Source of the DNA: a bacterium
GTDB taxonomy: Bacteria > DUMJ01
Length of the DNA: 64,000 nucleotides
Direction: 5' to 3'
Assembly (NCBI GenBank): GCA_049969715.1
Contig: JBMFOH010000002.1
Span: 7,434-71,433 of the forward strand
How positions within the stretch are numbered: position 1 is the stretch's first letter; every line of letters begins with the position of its first letter. The notes below the pieces were generated by a model. It ran no database searches. It saw nothing but the letters and a program-made list of their open reading frames with translations, and was not told the origin of the DNA. The position numbers and the translations under genes are program-made. This document shows, piece after piece, positions 9,422 to 21,615 of this stretch.

Positions 9422-10792
9422 TCATCTTAACTCAAACTTTATATCAATAGGACCAGCAGTATAAACATCTTTATTACTCTTAACTACCACCAAGGTGCTT
9501 CCTACCTTTGAATATAACACCTTAATTCTTACAGCAAGATTCAGTATAGTCTCATATGAGACATTTCCCACAGAACCAGTAATAGGGTTTGGCAACATAC
9601 CTCTTCTTATTGCTTCTTTCCTTACCTGGTCTACGAGAAGGTTTATTTCATCTATAACCTTATCCCTAGGAAGCTTTGATGATATAAATCTGAAGGCTAT
9701 TACTTCATTTCTATGGAATATCAATTTACTTCTCATAGACTCTATAACAACTCTTACCTCTTCTCCAGTCAAGGTGTTATCGGCTATTCTTATTCTAATC
9801 AATCTCTGTGAATCATTTAATAATGACCTCACAGCCACTTCTACATCCTTAGGATTATAAATGACTAAAGAATCAACCTTAGGAAGAAGTTCATTAATCT
9901 GGTCATACCTTGATTTTATAATCTCTTCCGATTTTTTGATAAGGTCTTGAATAACCTCTTTAGCATCTTCCTCATTTTTAGGACCATTTATAGTCTCAGA
10001 TACCACTACCTCACCACCTTGGAATAATATACGCTGACGTCTAAGGAGTGCTAATTTATCCTCTTTATCCTTAATATCCTTCCTTAGTTTTTCTTCCTGG
10101 TTTCTATAAGAGTTTATCTGTTCTTTATATCCTTCTAGTTCTTCTCTGCTTTCGTCTAACTGTTGTGATAAAAGTTTTCTCTGAACATCTAATCTTTCTA
10201 TCTCTTTCTCGTCATTTTCTAATCTTAACTTTAGGTCTCTCATCTCTTTCTCTAAGGATGACCTTTCCTCGTTAAGTTTAGATATCTTGGACTCTAACTC
10301 ATTTCTCTGAGTTTCTAATTCTTTTAACTTTTCTTCACTCTTTTTGAACGCTAATTCTCTATCATTTAATTGCTTCTCCAAAAAGTTCCTTTGCTTTTCC
10401 AATTGAGTTACCTTATTACTCTGAGTCTTGATAGTTTCTTTAAGCTTATCTTGATATGCTAATGCAGCTGCTAATTCACTGGCTCTAATATTAAGCTCAG
10501 ATTTGGTAGAATTCAACTGCTCAGTTAGAATATTAATCGACTGTTGTAGCTCAGCTTTATTCTCCAAAACCCCTCTCATTTCTCTAGATACACTCACTAG
10601 CACAAAGATTGTAACAGTAGTGATAACCATCCCTGTTATAATGGTAATAATCATAGAGGTATAATAAGGTCTTATTCCTATAATTGATACCCTTTTCTTC
10701 CCTACTCTTCTTCCAACATAGTTTCCAATAAATGCAATAGCTCCACTTATAATAATTAAAAAACCTATAAGTCTCCAATCAAGACTATTCAT
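9422..10792 (-). CDS. DUF3084 family membrane-anchored coiled-coil protein
   Basis: SGAIAFIGNYVGRRVGKKRVSIIGIRPYYTS N-terminal signature, two TM helices, long coiled coil. Confidence 0.85.
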   Translation of the reverse strand: MNSLDWRLIGFLIIISGAIAFIGNYVGRRVGKKRVSIIGIRPYYTSMIITIITGMVITTVTIFVLVSVSREMRGVLENKAELQQSINILTEQLNSTKSELNIRASELAAALAYQDKLKETIKTQSNKVTQLEKQRNFLEKQLNDRELAFKKSEEKLKELETQRNELESKISKLNEERSSLEKEMRDLKLRLENDEKEIERLDVQRKLLSQQLDESREELEGYKEQINSYRNQEEKLRKDIKDKEDKLALLRRQRILFQGGEVVVSETINGPKNEEDAKEVIQDLIKKSEEIIKSRYDQINELLPKVDSLVIYNPKDVEVAVRSLLNDSQRLIRIRIADNTLTGEEVRVVIESMRSKLIFHRNEVIAFRFISSKLPRDKVIDEINLLVDQVRKEAIRRGMLPNPITGSVGNVSYETILNLAVRIKVLYSKVGSTLVVVKSNKDVYTAGPIDIKFELR

Positions 10793-11922
10793 AGGAGTTC
10801 CTTCCCTATAAGATTAGCTATCTTTTCACTTGCTCCCCGATGAAACTCTATTTTTTGCAATTTCTCTCTCATATAAGATAGTCTCTTTCTATCTGTTATT
10901 AAACCTAAGATTGCTTGAGCTATTATCTCTGGACTTAATTCTCCTATTAATTCCTCGGTAATCTTCTCTCTTGAGATTATATTGGGAAGAGCTATAAACT
11001 TAATCCGAGAAATAACCTTATATACTAAACCTCGTTTTATTTCCCTTCCTATTATGGGGATTCTGCCTATCCATTCTATAATTCCTTCTAAAGGTACATA
11101 TCCTGCCCACTGCAGAGGAAAGAGAGTAAGCTGAGGGATTCTTAACATAGCCAATTGGAGCGTGTTTGTCCCGGGTATATTTACAGCCAATTGGACACTC
11201 TCTGCCCATTTCCAATTTTCTCCATCCTCTAGATAGAATATGTGGCCAGAGCCAGAGATAATTCTGTCTTTCATTATTTCATAATAAGTAGGAGCACATT
11301 CTTTTAATTCATCTATAGAAATAAATGGAGATATTATGAATTTAATGATACTATTAGTAAAATTACTTAATATGTCAGCCGTCTCTAGCATTAAAGGAAA
11401 TATTACCTCTAATATGTTAGGCCTACTCCCAGGTAAAAATGCAATATCTGAACCTTCCCCTCCTTCTAAGGTCTCAGAAGGTATACTATCTGCCACTAAA
11501 TTCCCTACATATATAACCTTAGCTTCTTTTCTAAGATAGACATTCTCATTACCCAAAAGGACTCTATCTACCCATTTATTTATATGAACCATACCATCTG
11601 AATATATAAAGAGTTTAGAATTTAATCTAATTTTCAATAGAGTTCCCCAATAAGGGTCTCCTCCTAATTGAAGAATAAGTCTTCTTTTATCCTCTATAAG
11701 GGGATTTAAGAAAAATTTTAATATCTCTTTCCTATCTATTACCATTGAAAACAATCCTGTCTCTTTTAATACCCTAGATTCTGTTCCACTTGCATATTGA
11801 CAAGGAAGGAGTACCGCAATAAGGTCTATCTCTGGATAAAGTTTCCTTATATTTCTAGCTAAAGGAATAAACCATCCTCCCACTTCTCCTGGACTATTAG
11901 TAAGCATTATTAGCTTACTCAA
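10789..11922 (-). CDS. LpxB-like GT-B glycosyltransferase (lipid-A-disaccharide synthase-related)
   Basis: TNSPGEVGGW, LGGD, VGNL, FLPGSR, PGTNT, ALPNI motifs. Confidence 0.75.
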   Translation of the reverse strand: MSKLIMLTNSPGEVGGWFIPLARNIRKLYPEIDLIAVLLPCQYASGTESRVLKETGLFSMVIDRKEILKFFLNPLIEDKRRLILQLGGDPYWGTLLKIRLNSKLFIYSDGMVHINKWVDRVLLGNENVYLRKEAKVIYVGNLVADSIPSETLEGGEGSDIAFLPGSRPNILEVIFPLMLETADILSNFTNSIIKFIISPFISIDELKECAPTYYEIMKDRIISGSGHIFYLEDGENWKWAESVQLAVNIPGTNTLQLAMLRIPQLTLFPLQWAGYVPLEGIIEWIGRIPIIGREIKRGLVYKVISRIKFIALPNIISREKITEELIGELSPEIIAQAILGLITDRKRLSYMREKLQKIEFHRGASEKIANLIGKELL

Positions 11923-13057
11923 TGCAATCCAGCTCCTTGAGGATATAATCTACTGCTCTCTTAGTAGCCCCTTTCTCTCCTAGAACTTCCCTTATAGAAG
12001 CTAACTCTTCTTTAATCTTTCTCCTCTCCTCTTGATTCTCAATTAAGGTTCTGATAGCTCCTCTCAATTTTTCTGGCTTTGCATCATTTTGAATGAGCTC
12101 CTTTATTACTGGTCTACCTAATAAGATATTTGGCATAGTAGCATATGGATAATGAATAATCCTCTTTGCTATCATCCAAGAAAGCCAAGAAAGTTTATAG
12201 AGGGCTATAGAAGGAACCTCCAAGATAGCAGCCTCTAAAACAGCTGTCCCAGAAGCCATTACTAAGAGACTAGAAGCATTCATGTAATCATATCTATTAT
12301 CCCTTATTATAGGGATATATAGATGATATCTCTCTAGGATCTTCATAATCCATTTATAAGTAAAATCAGAGGCACTAGCTACATAAAAATAGGCTTCCTT
12401 ATTAATCATAGGTAAGATTGCCTCAAGCATAATAGGCAGTAAAACTCGAACCTCTTGGTATCTACTTCCAGGGAATAAACCTATTAACGGTAAATCGTCT
12501 TTAATTCCCAAGTTTTTTCTTATCTTCTCAGGTGTCATAGAAGGAGCTACTACATCCAAAATAGGGTGGCCAACAAAATACACATCTACACCACTCTGAC
12601 GGTATACATCTAATTCTTTAAGAAATACGGCTATAACCTTTATACCTAATTTCTTTACATCTTCTGCTATCTTCTTACCCCATAACCATACCTGAGGGGA
12701 AAAATAATAGAACATAGGGATATTAAGTCCTTTCTTCTTTATAAACCTCGCCACTTCCATATTGAATCCCTGATTATCAATGAAGATAATGCCATCAAAT
12801 TGTTCTTTTGTTAAGATATCTTTTACCTTCCTATAAAGAGAAAACCATCTGGGCAGAAATCTTAATGGTTCTAGAAATCCCACTGAACCATACCTTGTAG
12901 ATTCACCCCACAGCTTAACTCCTTTTCTCTTCATATACTCTCCCCCTATTCCATATAAGGAGACACCAACCTTATATCTATTATTTAAGAGTTCAGATGC
13001 TAATGATGCCCCTTGAACATCTCCTGAAACCTCTCCTGCCAAGATGACAAGTTTCAC
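11915..13057 (-). CDS. lpxB: Lipid-A-disaccharide synthase
   Basis: AGEVSGD, IDNQGFN, SPQVWLW, VGHP, FPGSR, SGTAVLE, MPNIL; likely GTG start at 13057 overlapping the lpxA stop. Confidence 0.93.
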   Translation of the reverse strand: MKLVILAGEVSGDVQGASLASELLNNRYKVGVSLYGIGGEYMKRKGVKLWGESTRYGSVGFLEPLRFLPRWFSLYRKVKDILTKEQFDGIIFIDNQGFNMEVARFIKKKGLNIPMFYYFSPQVWLWGKKIAEDVKKLGIKVIAVFLKELDVYRQSGVDVYFVGHPILDVVAPSMTPEKIRKNLGIKDDLPLIGLFPGSRYQEVRVLLPIMLEAILPMINKEAYFYVASASDFTYKWIMKILERYHLYIPIIRDNRYDYMNASSLLVMASGTAVLEAAILEVPSIALYKLSWLSWMIAKRIIHYPYATMPNILLGRPVIKELIQNDAKPEKLRGAIRTLIENQEERRKIKEELASIREVLGEKGATKRAVDYILKELDCIE

Positions 13058-13884
13058 ATATTTTCTAGGAAGGTTTGAACGTCCCATTGAAGAGCCTCTC
13101 TAGCTGCCTTCATTATTCCTCTCTTGCTACTTTTTATAAATTGGACGACCTCTTCTATCTCAGGAATATCACTAAGCTCTTCCTCTAAAATAGTGAGAGC
13201 TTTTTGCCTATTGGGATGCGAAAAGTATAATAATCTAAACGCCCTCTGAATAAGATTTCTGACCTCAGGGGGATACCCTGCTCTTCTTAGACCAACTATA
13301 TTTATTCCATAAGCCCTAGCAGGATGACCATCGACTAATGAAAAAGGAATAGCATCTTGCACTACCTTTGAGCAGGCTCCTATCATTGCTAGCCTACCTA
13401 TTCTTACAAACTGATGAACTCCTACTAAACCGCCTATAACTGCCTTATCTAGAACCTCTACATATCCAGCAAGATTAGTAGAATTAGCCAAAGTGATACC
13501 GTTACCAATCTTACAGTTATGAGCTATATGTGAGTAAGCCATAAAAAAATTATTATCTCCTATTATGGTAGCCTTATCCTTTCCCGTTGCTCTATGGACC
13601 GTTACATTCTCTCTAAATATATTATTACTCCCTATTATAACAAAACTTCTCTCTCCCCCATATCTAATATCCTGAGGTGGGGCTCCTATAGAGCAACCAC
13701 TATATAACTCACATTTACCTCCTATAGTAACCCAAGGACCTATTACACAGTTAGCATCTATCTTTGTATTATTTCCAATTACTGTACTGTGTTTTATAAC
13801 TACGTAAGGGCCTATTTCTACATCATTACCTAGTTTTACTGATTCATCTATTATTGCCGTCGGATGTATGTAAGTCACGGACAA
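13054..13884 (-). CDS. lpxA: UDP-N-acetylglucosamine O-acyltransferase
   Basis: IHPTAII, hexapeptide repeats, PPQD, MAYSHIAHNC, VHQF, GINIVGLRR. Confidence 0.96.
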   Translation of the reverse strand: MSVTYIHPTAIIDESVKLGNDVEIGPYVVIKHSTVIGNNTKIDANCVIGPWVTIGGKCELYSGCSIGAPPQDIRYGGERSFVIIGSNNIFRENVTVHRATGKDKATIIGDNNFFMAYSHIAHNCKIGNGITLANSTNLAGYVEVLDKAVIGGLVGVHQFVRIGRLAMIGACSKVVQDAIPFSLVDGHPARAYGINIVGLRRAGYPPEVRNLIQRAFRLLYFSHPNRQKALTILEEELSDIPEIEEVVQFIKSSKRGIMKAAREALQWDVQTFLENM

Positions 13885-14335
13885 ATTCCTCCTTATAAAG
13901 GCCTATAAGTAATTCTCCTTCTGCTATAAGCTGACTCTCTACATATGTATTACATCTCAACCTACAGAAATTAGCCTTCTTCTGTATCAATTCTGCCTCT
14001 ATAACCATCTGATCTCCTGGTTTTACCATTCTCCTAAATCTCACTTTATCTACTCCTATCAGTATCGCAATCTCATTTTTATCCCTTGCATCTTCAAGTA
14101 ATATAATTCCTCCTACTTGAGCCATAGCCTCAATGATTATTACTCCTGGCACAATGGGAAGTTCAGGAAAATGGCCTACAAAATAAGGTTCATTAAAGGT
14201 CACATTTTTTATTCCTTTTACCCTTTTTCCACTTTCATATTCTACTATTTTATCTACCAAAAGGAACGGATAACGATGGGGGAGTATCTTTAGAAGATTA
14301 TATATATTCAATTCAGATAATTCTTTCTTTACCAT
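13844..14335 (-). CDS. fabZ: 3-hydroxyacyl-ACP dehydratase
   Basis: LPHRYPFLLVD, NEPYFVGHFP, PGVIIIEAMAQ. Confidence 0.97.
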   Translation of the reverse strand: MVKKELSELNIYNLLKILPHRYPFLLVDKIVEYESGKRVKGIKNVTFNEPYFVGHFPELPIVPGVIIIEAMAQVGGIILLEDARDKNEIAILIGVDKVRFRRMVKPGDQMVIEAELIQKKANFCRLRCNTYVESQLIAEGELLIGLYKEEFVRDLHTSDGNNR

Positions 14336-15140
14336 TTACCACCTCTTTAATTCTTTTTACCAACTCTATATGGAGATTATGTCCACCCTTCACTGCTATT
14401 ACTGTAGCATTAATTCTTGCTCCTAAGAGGTAAAGGTCTCCTATAAGGTCAAGTAGTTTATGCCTTACCAACTCATTATGATATCGCAATGGGACAGAGT
14501 ATCCATTGCTTCCTATTACTATAGAATTATCAGAGCTACCTCCTTTAGCTAAACCTGAAGCGAGTAATACTTCTATTTCCTCTTCAAAACCAAAGGTTCT
14601 AGCGGGAGCGATCTCATTTTTGTAAGCAGTGCTACTATGCTTATAGAGAAACCACTGCTTACCTATATAGGGAAACTCCACAGTATAATAAATAGAAAGA
14701 GTAGAATTAGGAATAGCTATAATGCCCTTTTCACCGTTCAATATCCATATGGGTTCAGGGAGATCTATAGTCTTCCTTTCTCTATCTAGATATTCTATTC
14801 CGGCTTCCTCTATCTTTTCTACAAAAACCTTAGCACTCCCATCGCAAGAAGGAATTTCTTGCCCTTCTACTAATATCTCTGCATTATCTATTTCCATTCC
14901 GTTAAGGGTAGAAAGGATATGTTCTACTGTATAAATAGAATGCCCATTAGAACCAAGTATAGTGCCCCTATTAGTGGAAGTAACCAACTCTACTCGAGCC
15001 TTTATAACCTCCTTATTTTTAAAGTTAAATACAATTCCACTATCAGCATCAGCAGGAGAGATTGTAATCTCACTTTCCTTACCTGTATGAAGACCTATAC
15101 CCGTAATCCTTACAGCCCTTTTAAGGGTTGTCTGCCTCAT
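14313..15140 (-). CDS. lpxC: UDP-3-O-acyl-GlcNAc deacetylase
   Basis: GIGLHTG, TVEH, DGSA, APARTF, RHKLLDLIGD, GH. Confidence 0.96.
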   Translation of the reverse strand: MRQTTLKRAVRITGIGLHTGKESEITISPADADSGIVFNFKNKEVIKARVELVTSTNRGTILGSNGHSIYTVEHILSTLNGMEIDNAEILVEGQEIPSCDGSAKVFVEKIEEAGIEYLDRERKTIDLPEPIWILNGEKGIIAIPNSTLSIYYTVEFPYIGKQWFLYKHSSTAYKNEIAPARTFGFEEEIEVLLASGLAKGGSSDNSIVIGSNGYSVPLRYHNELVRHKLLDLIGDLYLLGARINATVIAVKGGHNLHIELVKRIKEVVNGKERII

Positions 15141-16122
15141 CTTTTTTTAATCTCCTTATTAACTCTGGAAGTCTCAATAAAGCTGACTGCGCTTTCAGCC
15201 ACTCTCTATGCGGTCTAGCAGGAGTCCCAGATATTATAGACCTTGGGGGGATATCCCCTATTATCCCTGTTTGAGCCATAGCAATAGTTTCTTCTCCAAC
15301 TTTTATATGGTCAGCTATCCCAACCTGCCCTCCAAACATACATCTATCCTCTATTTCAACGCTTCCAGCTATTCCTGTCTGACCAGCTATTGCTACATCT
15401 TCTCCTATCGTTACATTATGGGCTATAAGAACCAAGCTATCAATCTTTGTTCCCCTTTTTATAATAGTAGACCCTAGAGTAGCTTTATCTACTACACTGT
15501 TAGCACCAATTTCTACATCATCCTCTATAACAACATTTCCAAGATGTGGAATACGAATATAATGATTCCCATCCTTGTAAAATCCAAAACCCTCCTTACC
15601 TATTACTGAACCAGCATGAATTTTTACCCTCTTACCTATAGTAGTATTGTCTTCTATTATTACATTATAACCTATTAAAGATTTCTCTCCAATAACTACA
15701 TTATCTCCAATCTTCGACCCAGCCATAATTACTACTTCTTCACTCAGGATCACATTATTTCCTATTACTACGTATGGGCCCACGTAGCAACTAAAAGGGA
15801 TAGAAGTATTCTCTCCTACTATAGCGGTTTTATGTACACCTTTATACTCCTTTTTCTTTTCAAACAACCCAAGTAATCTTGGCATTGCTGCCCTAGGGTC
15901 TTTTACCCAAATATATGGTTTCCCTGTAGTTAATCCTTCCTTTAGAACGATAGCACAGGCATCTCCCTTTTCTGCTATCTCTAAAAAATCTTCTGTAAGT
16001 ATTATACATATATCTGTCTTTTTTGCCAGATTAGGAGTATTGACTCCCAATACTTCAAGATCTGGAGGACCAAAGAGTTGCCCATTTATCTCTTTAGCTA
16101 TATCTTCTAAACTATATCTCAT
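15121..16122 (-). CDS. lpxD: UDP-3-O-(3-hydroxyacyl)glucosamine N-acyltransferase
   Basis: Hexapeptide repeats, GFGF, DVEIGAN, TKID..IAHNV, GGQVG, GTPA. Confidence 0.96.
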   Translation of the reverse strand: MRYSLEDIAKEINGQLFGPPDLEVLGVNTPNLAKKTDICIILTEDFLEIAEKGDACAIVLKEGLTTGKPYIWVKDPRAAMPRLLGLFEKKKEYKGVHKTAIVGENTSIPFSCYVGPYVVIGNNVILSEEVVIMAGSKIGDNVVIGEKSLIGYNVIIEDNTTIGKRVKIHAGSVIGKEGFGFYKDGNHYIRIPHLGNVVIEDDVEIGANSVVDKATLGSTIIKRGTKIDSLVLIAHNVTIGEDVAIAGQTGIAGSVEIEDRCMFGGQVGIADHIKVGEETIAMAQTGIIGDIPPRSIISGTPARPHREWLKAQSALLRLPELIRRLKKDEADNP

Positions 16123-16586
16123 TTCCTGATAGCCTTTATTACATCGTCAGTAATATCAATTCCTCCATAAATGATAGAATCCTTCTTTAACACTATGTCA
16201 ATACCTTTAGCCTTAGCAATATTCTTTGTTGCCTGTTCAATATCATTAAGCATGGGAGAAAGAAGGTCCTGCCATTTCTTTGCTACAGCAGCGTTCAACT
16301 TCGCCTCATAATCAGCTTTAATTTGCTGTGCCTCATTAGCGCTTTTATCCTTTATTGCTGCATCTAACTGTTTCTGATAATCGTCTTTGGTTTTTAAAGC
16401 AAAACTATTAAGCGCACTCCTAGCTTTATCTATGTCAGGATGTGCCTCTAAAGCCTTATTTATATCCACATATCCTATCTTAAATGTATCTAAAGCAAAT
16501 CCACTTCTAGGTAAATTTAATATCCAAAAAGAGATACCTAAAACACCAATAACTGAAATCAAAATTATTATAGATTTTATCTTCAT
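16119..16586 (-). CDS. skp: Skp/OmpH family periplasmic chaperone
   Basis: Signal/TM segment, KIGYVD, helical region, YGGIDITDDV; sits between bamA and lpxD. Confidence 0.88.
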   Translation of the reverse strand: MKIKSIIILISVIGVLGISFWILNLPRSGFALDTFKIGYVDINKALEAHPDIDKARSALNSFALKTKDDYQKQLDAAIKDKSANEAQQIKADYEAKLNAAVAKKWQDLLSPMLNDIEQATKNIAKAKGIDIVLKKDSIIYGGIDITDDVIKAIRK

Positions 16587-16607
16587 CTAACAATCTCACT
16601 CCTATCT

Positions 16608-18557
16608 CTAGAATTTTTCTCCTATACTAAAATAGAATCTTCCTTGCCAATCTGTACTACCCCAACCATAATCCATTCTTATAACCCCCATAGGAGGAAC
16701 CATTACTCTTAGCCCTAATCCTATTCCCATTTTAAGGTCAGCAGGAGCTACTGTTTCATTATTATCCCATCCATTTCCTAAATCCCAAAATATAACCCCA
16801 GTCAGATTCTGATCATATTTCCATCTATATTCAAAGCTTATCAACTCCGTAATATCAGCCTTTTTCCAATTTTCAGGTAATCCCCTTATAGAATTAAAAC
16901 CTCCCACGGTATACTTTTCTATATAGGGAATACTTCCTAGTCCTACCCCCCACATATAATTTACTGCCAAAATTTCATCCTTGGATATAGGTTCATACCA
17001 ACGCAAATCTGCATTTAATTTGGTGAAGTTAAAGTTACCTCCTAAAACACCTCCACCTTCTTCTATACTAACAGTGTGATAGACTCCATTCTGTGGGCTA
17101 AAGATAATGTCTCTAGTATCTTTAGATGCACCTAAGGTCACTGAATTTGATTCTCCTGAGCTTATGAAATCCGGTAGGATATATCCCTCTTTGGGTTGAT
17201 ATTGAAAGTTATTGAAAGAAATTCCCACTATCCCATACAGATTATTTCCTACCAACTTATTGATGTTTACCTCAAAGCTTTTCACATCCTCATTATAACT
17301 TACCGACTCATCATTTATTGTCTCAGTATAACTTCCCTTCTTCCATACAATATTACTATTTAATGTGGTATTAGTATTAGCTAAATAGGGTTCTGTATAG
17401 CTTAATGAGAGACCTTCTGTAGATAGGCTTAAACCAAGATTTAGAGATAACCCAAGTTTTCTCCCAGTTCCTAGAAGGTTGGAGTCACTTAATCCAAATG
17501 ATATAGAAAACCCTTCAGAAGTAGAATAAGTAAGAGAACCACTAAGTTGGCCCGTAGGCTGTTCAACTACATTTACTACTAATATCACCTCTCCAGGAAT
17601 TTCGGCATTTTTAAGACTTACACTGAGGTCAGAAAAATAACCCAGGTTATATATCTTCTGGAGGTCTTTTTGTAGTGCATTTACATTCAATACGTCTCCA
17701 GGCTTTATGTTCATTTCTCTTAAAATGACATAATCCTTTGTCTTTTGGTTACCCTTTACCTCTATACTAGCAATCTTTCCTTCTCCTATCTCAAAAGTTA
17801 GAACCCCTTTACTATCTACTGACGCGTTGAGAACTATAGCTGCCACATAACCCTTTTCTTTGTAGATATCTTGAATCTTTATGGCGATCTCTTTTAAAAG
17901 ATTAGTAGAAACGACCCTACCTTTATATATATCTAATTCTTGACTAAGAATCGATGAGTTTATTACTGAGTTTCCAATAAAGTTAAATCCTGAAACTACA
18001 GGACCCTCTGTGATAATTATGGTCAATACTCCATCGCTAGACATATTAAATTGGAAATTAGCTGCTGCATATCCTCTTTCTCTGTACAGCCTTGCTATAT
18101 TCTCTATGTCCTTCTTTAAGGTATTAAGATTTAGAACCTCCCCCTCCTTTAATGTTATTAGATTTCTTATTTCGTCCAGTTTTACCTCTTTATTACCAGT
18201 TAACTCTATTGATTTTATTACCGGATTTTCCTTTACATTTACTATTAATATATACTTATTCTCTTCTACTTTGACATTTCCATCTACGTTAGAAAACCAT
18301 CCGGTATCTAAAAGTCTCTGTAGACCAGCCTTTAGAGCATCTTTATCTATCTCATCACCAACATTTAAGATCTTAAGAATCTCGTCCTTACTTATATTCA
18401 CATTCCCTAGAATATCGATCTTAGTAATATGAACCTTATCCTGTGATAGTGCTAATGGCACAACCATAAAGATCAACATTACTATCCCTATACCTATTAC
18501 TAGTGACTTCTTAAGCAAGTTACACCTCCTACTACGTTTTGTAATGAGTATATGCAA
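16608..18557 (-). CDS. bamA: BamA/Omp85 outer-membrane protein assembly factor
   Basis: Signal peptide, several POTRA repeats, NLLGTG, SIRG loop-6 motif, RMDYG, C-terminal FSIGEKF; the start is probably a TTG near 18518. Confidence 0.9.
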   Translation of the reverse strand: MHILITKRSRRCNLLKKSLVIGIGIVMLIFMVVPLALSQDKVHITKIDILGNVNISKDEILKILNVGDEIDKDALKAGLQRLLDTGWFSNVDGNVKVEENKYILIVNVKENPVIKSIELTGNKEVKLDEIRNLITLKEGEVLNLNTLKKDIENIARLYRERGYAAANFQFNMSSDGVLTIIITEGPVVSGFNFIGNSVINSSILSQELDIYKGRVVSTNLLKEIAIKIQDIYKEKGYVAAIVLNASVDSKGVLTFEIGEGKIASIEVKGNQKTKDYVILREMNIKPGDVLNVNALQKDLQKIYNLGYFSDLSVSLKNAEIPGEVILVVNVVEQPTGQLSGSLTYSTSEGFSISFGLSDSNLLGTGRKLGLSLNLGLSLSTEGLSLSYTEPYLANTNTTLNSNIVWKKGSYTETINDESVSYNEDVKSFEVNINKLVGNNLYGIVGISFNNFQYQPKEGYILPDFISSGESNSVTLGASKDTRDIIFSPQNGVYHTVSIEEGGGVLGGNFNFTKLNADLRWYEPISKDEILAVNYMWGVGLGSIPYIEKYTVGGFNSIRGLPENWKKADITELISFEYRWKYDQNLTGVIFWDLGNGWDNNETVAPADLKMGIGLGLRVMVPPMGVIRMDYGWGSTDWQGRFYFSIGEKF

Positions 18558-18566
18558 TTTCTATTC

Positions 18567-19816
18567 CTAAGGTTCGAAGAAAATCTTAGCCCCTATAGCT
18601 GTAAGCTTCCTATCAATACACTCGTATCCACGTTCTATATGTTCTATCCCGGATATCTCTGTAACCCCCTCTGCATTAAGCCCTGCCAAGATAAGAGCAG
18701 CACCAGCCCTTAGGTCGCCTGCTATAACACTAGCCCCAGAATATTTTTTGATTCCTACTATAACTAGAGTATTACCTTGTACCTTCATATTTCCACCCAT
18801 CCTAATTAACTCGTCAACAAATCCAAACCGACGATCGAATATAGTCTCTGTTATTACACTTGTTCCCCTTGCCACTCCTAATAGGCTAGCAAAAAGAGCC
18901 TGCATATCAGTAGGAAAACCAGGATAAGGAGCGGTAGTAATATCACAGGCTTTACATATCCCTTTAGATATAATTGTTATATTATCCCCTTCTATCTCTA
19001 TTTTATGTCCCATCTCCTCCAATTTTCCAATAACTGCTCCAAGGTGTTCCCTTTTAGCCTTCTTAATAGTAACCTCACCACCAGAGATCGCACCAACTGC
19101 TAAAAACGTACCCGCTTCTATCCTATCTGGGATAATAGTGTACTCTACAGGAGAGAGAGAGTCTACCCCTTCTATCTCTATTTTATCTGTTCCAGCCCCC
19201 CTTATCTTTGCGCCCATTATATTTAACATATCTGCTAGATCTACAACCTCTGGTTCTTTCGCTGCATTAATAATCTCAGTCTTGCCTTTAGCTAATACTG
19301 ATGCCATTATTATATTTTCAGTCCCAGTAACCGTTGGTAGATCTAGATATATAGAGGCACCCTTTAGGTTCCTACATTCTAGCTCCACATATCCATGTTC
19401 GGTAGACACCTTCGCTCCAAGAGCCTGAAAGCCCTTTAAATGTAAGTCGACAGGCCTTGAACCTATCTGGCATCCTCCAGGTAATGGAATTCTTACCTTT
19501 CCTAGTCTGGCAAGAAGAGGTCCAGCAACAAGAAAAGATGCCCGCATCTGCTTTACCTGTTCTTCAGGTGGATCTACTGGTAACAAGTTCTTTATAGTGA
19601 TTTGGAGAGTAGCGTCTCTAAATTCTATCTTTGCTCCAAGGCTTTCCAACATACTCATCATAGTATGGACATCCTTCAAGTTTGGAATATTATGAATTGT
19701 ATTAGTTCCATCTGTAAGTAGCGTTGCTGCCATTATAGGTAAAGCAGCATTTTTAGCTCCAGTGATCTCTACTTCTCCTTTTAATTTGATTCCACCCTCT
19801 ATCTTTAATCTCATCA

Positions 19817-19817
<1 letters not shown>
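18567..19817 (-). CDS. murA: UDP-N-acetylglucosamine 1-carboxyvinyltransferase
   Basis: GAKNAALP, MRAS, PGGCQIGSRP, PYPGFPTD, DLRAGA, RGYE. Confidence 0.98.

Positions 19818-21615
<1,798 letters not shown>

Noticed and set aside
10050-10560. Repetitive-looking purine/pyrimidine pattern in the DUF3084 gene
   Set aside because: Explained by an E/K/R/L/Q-rich coiled coil, not a DNA repeat or CRISPR array
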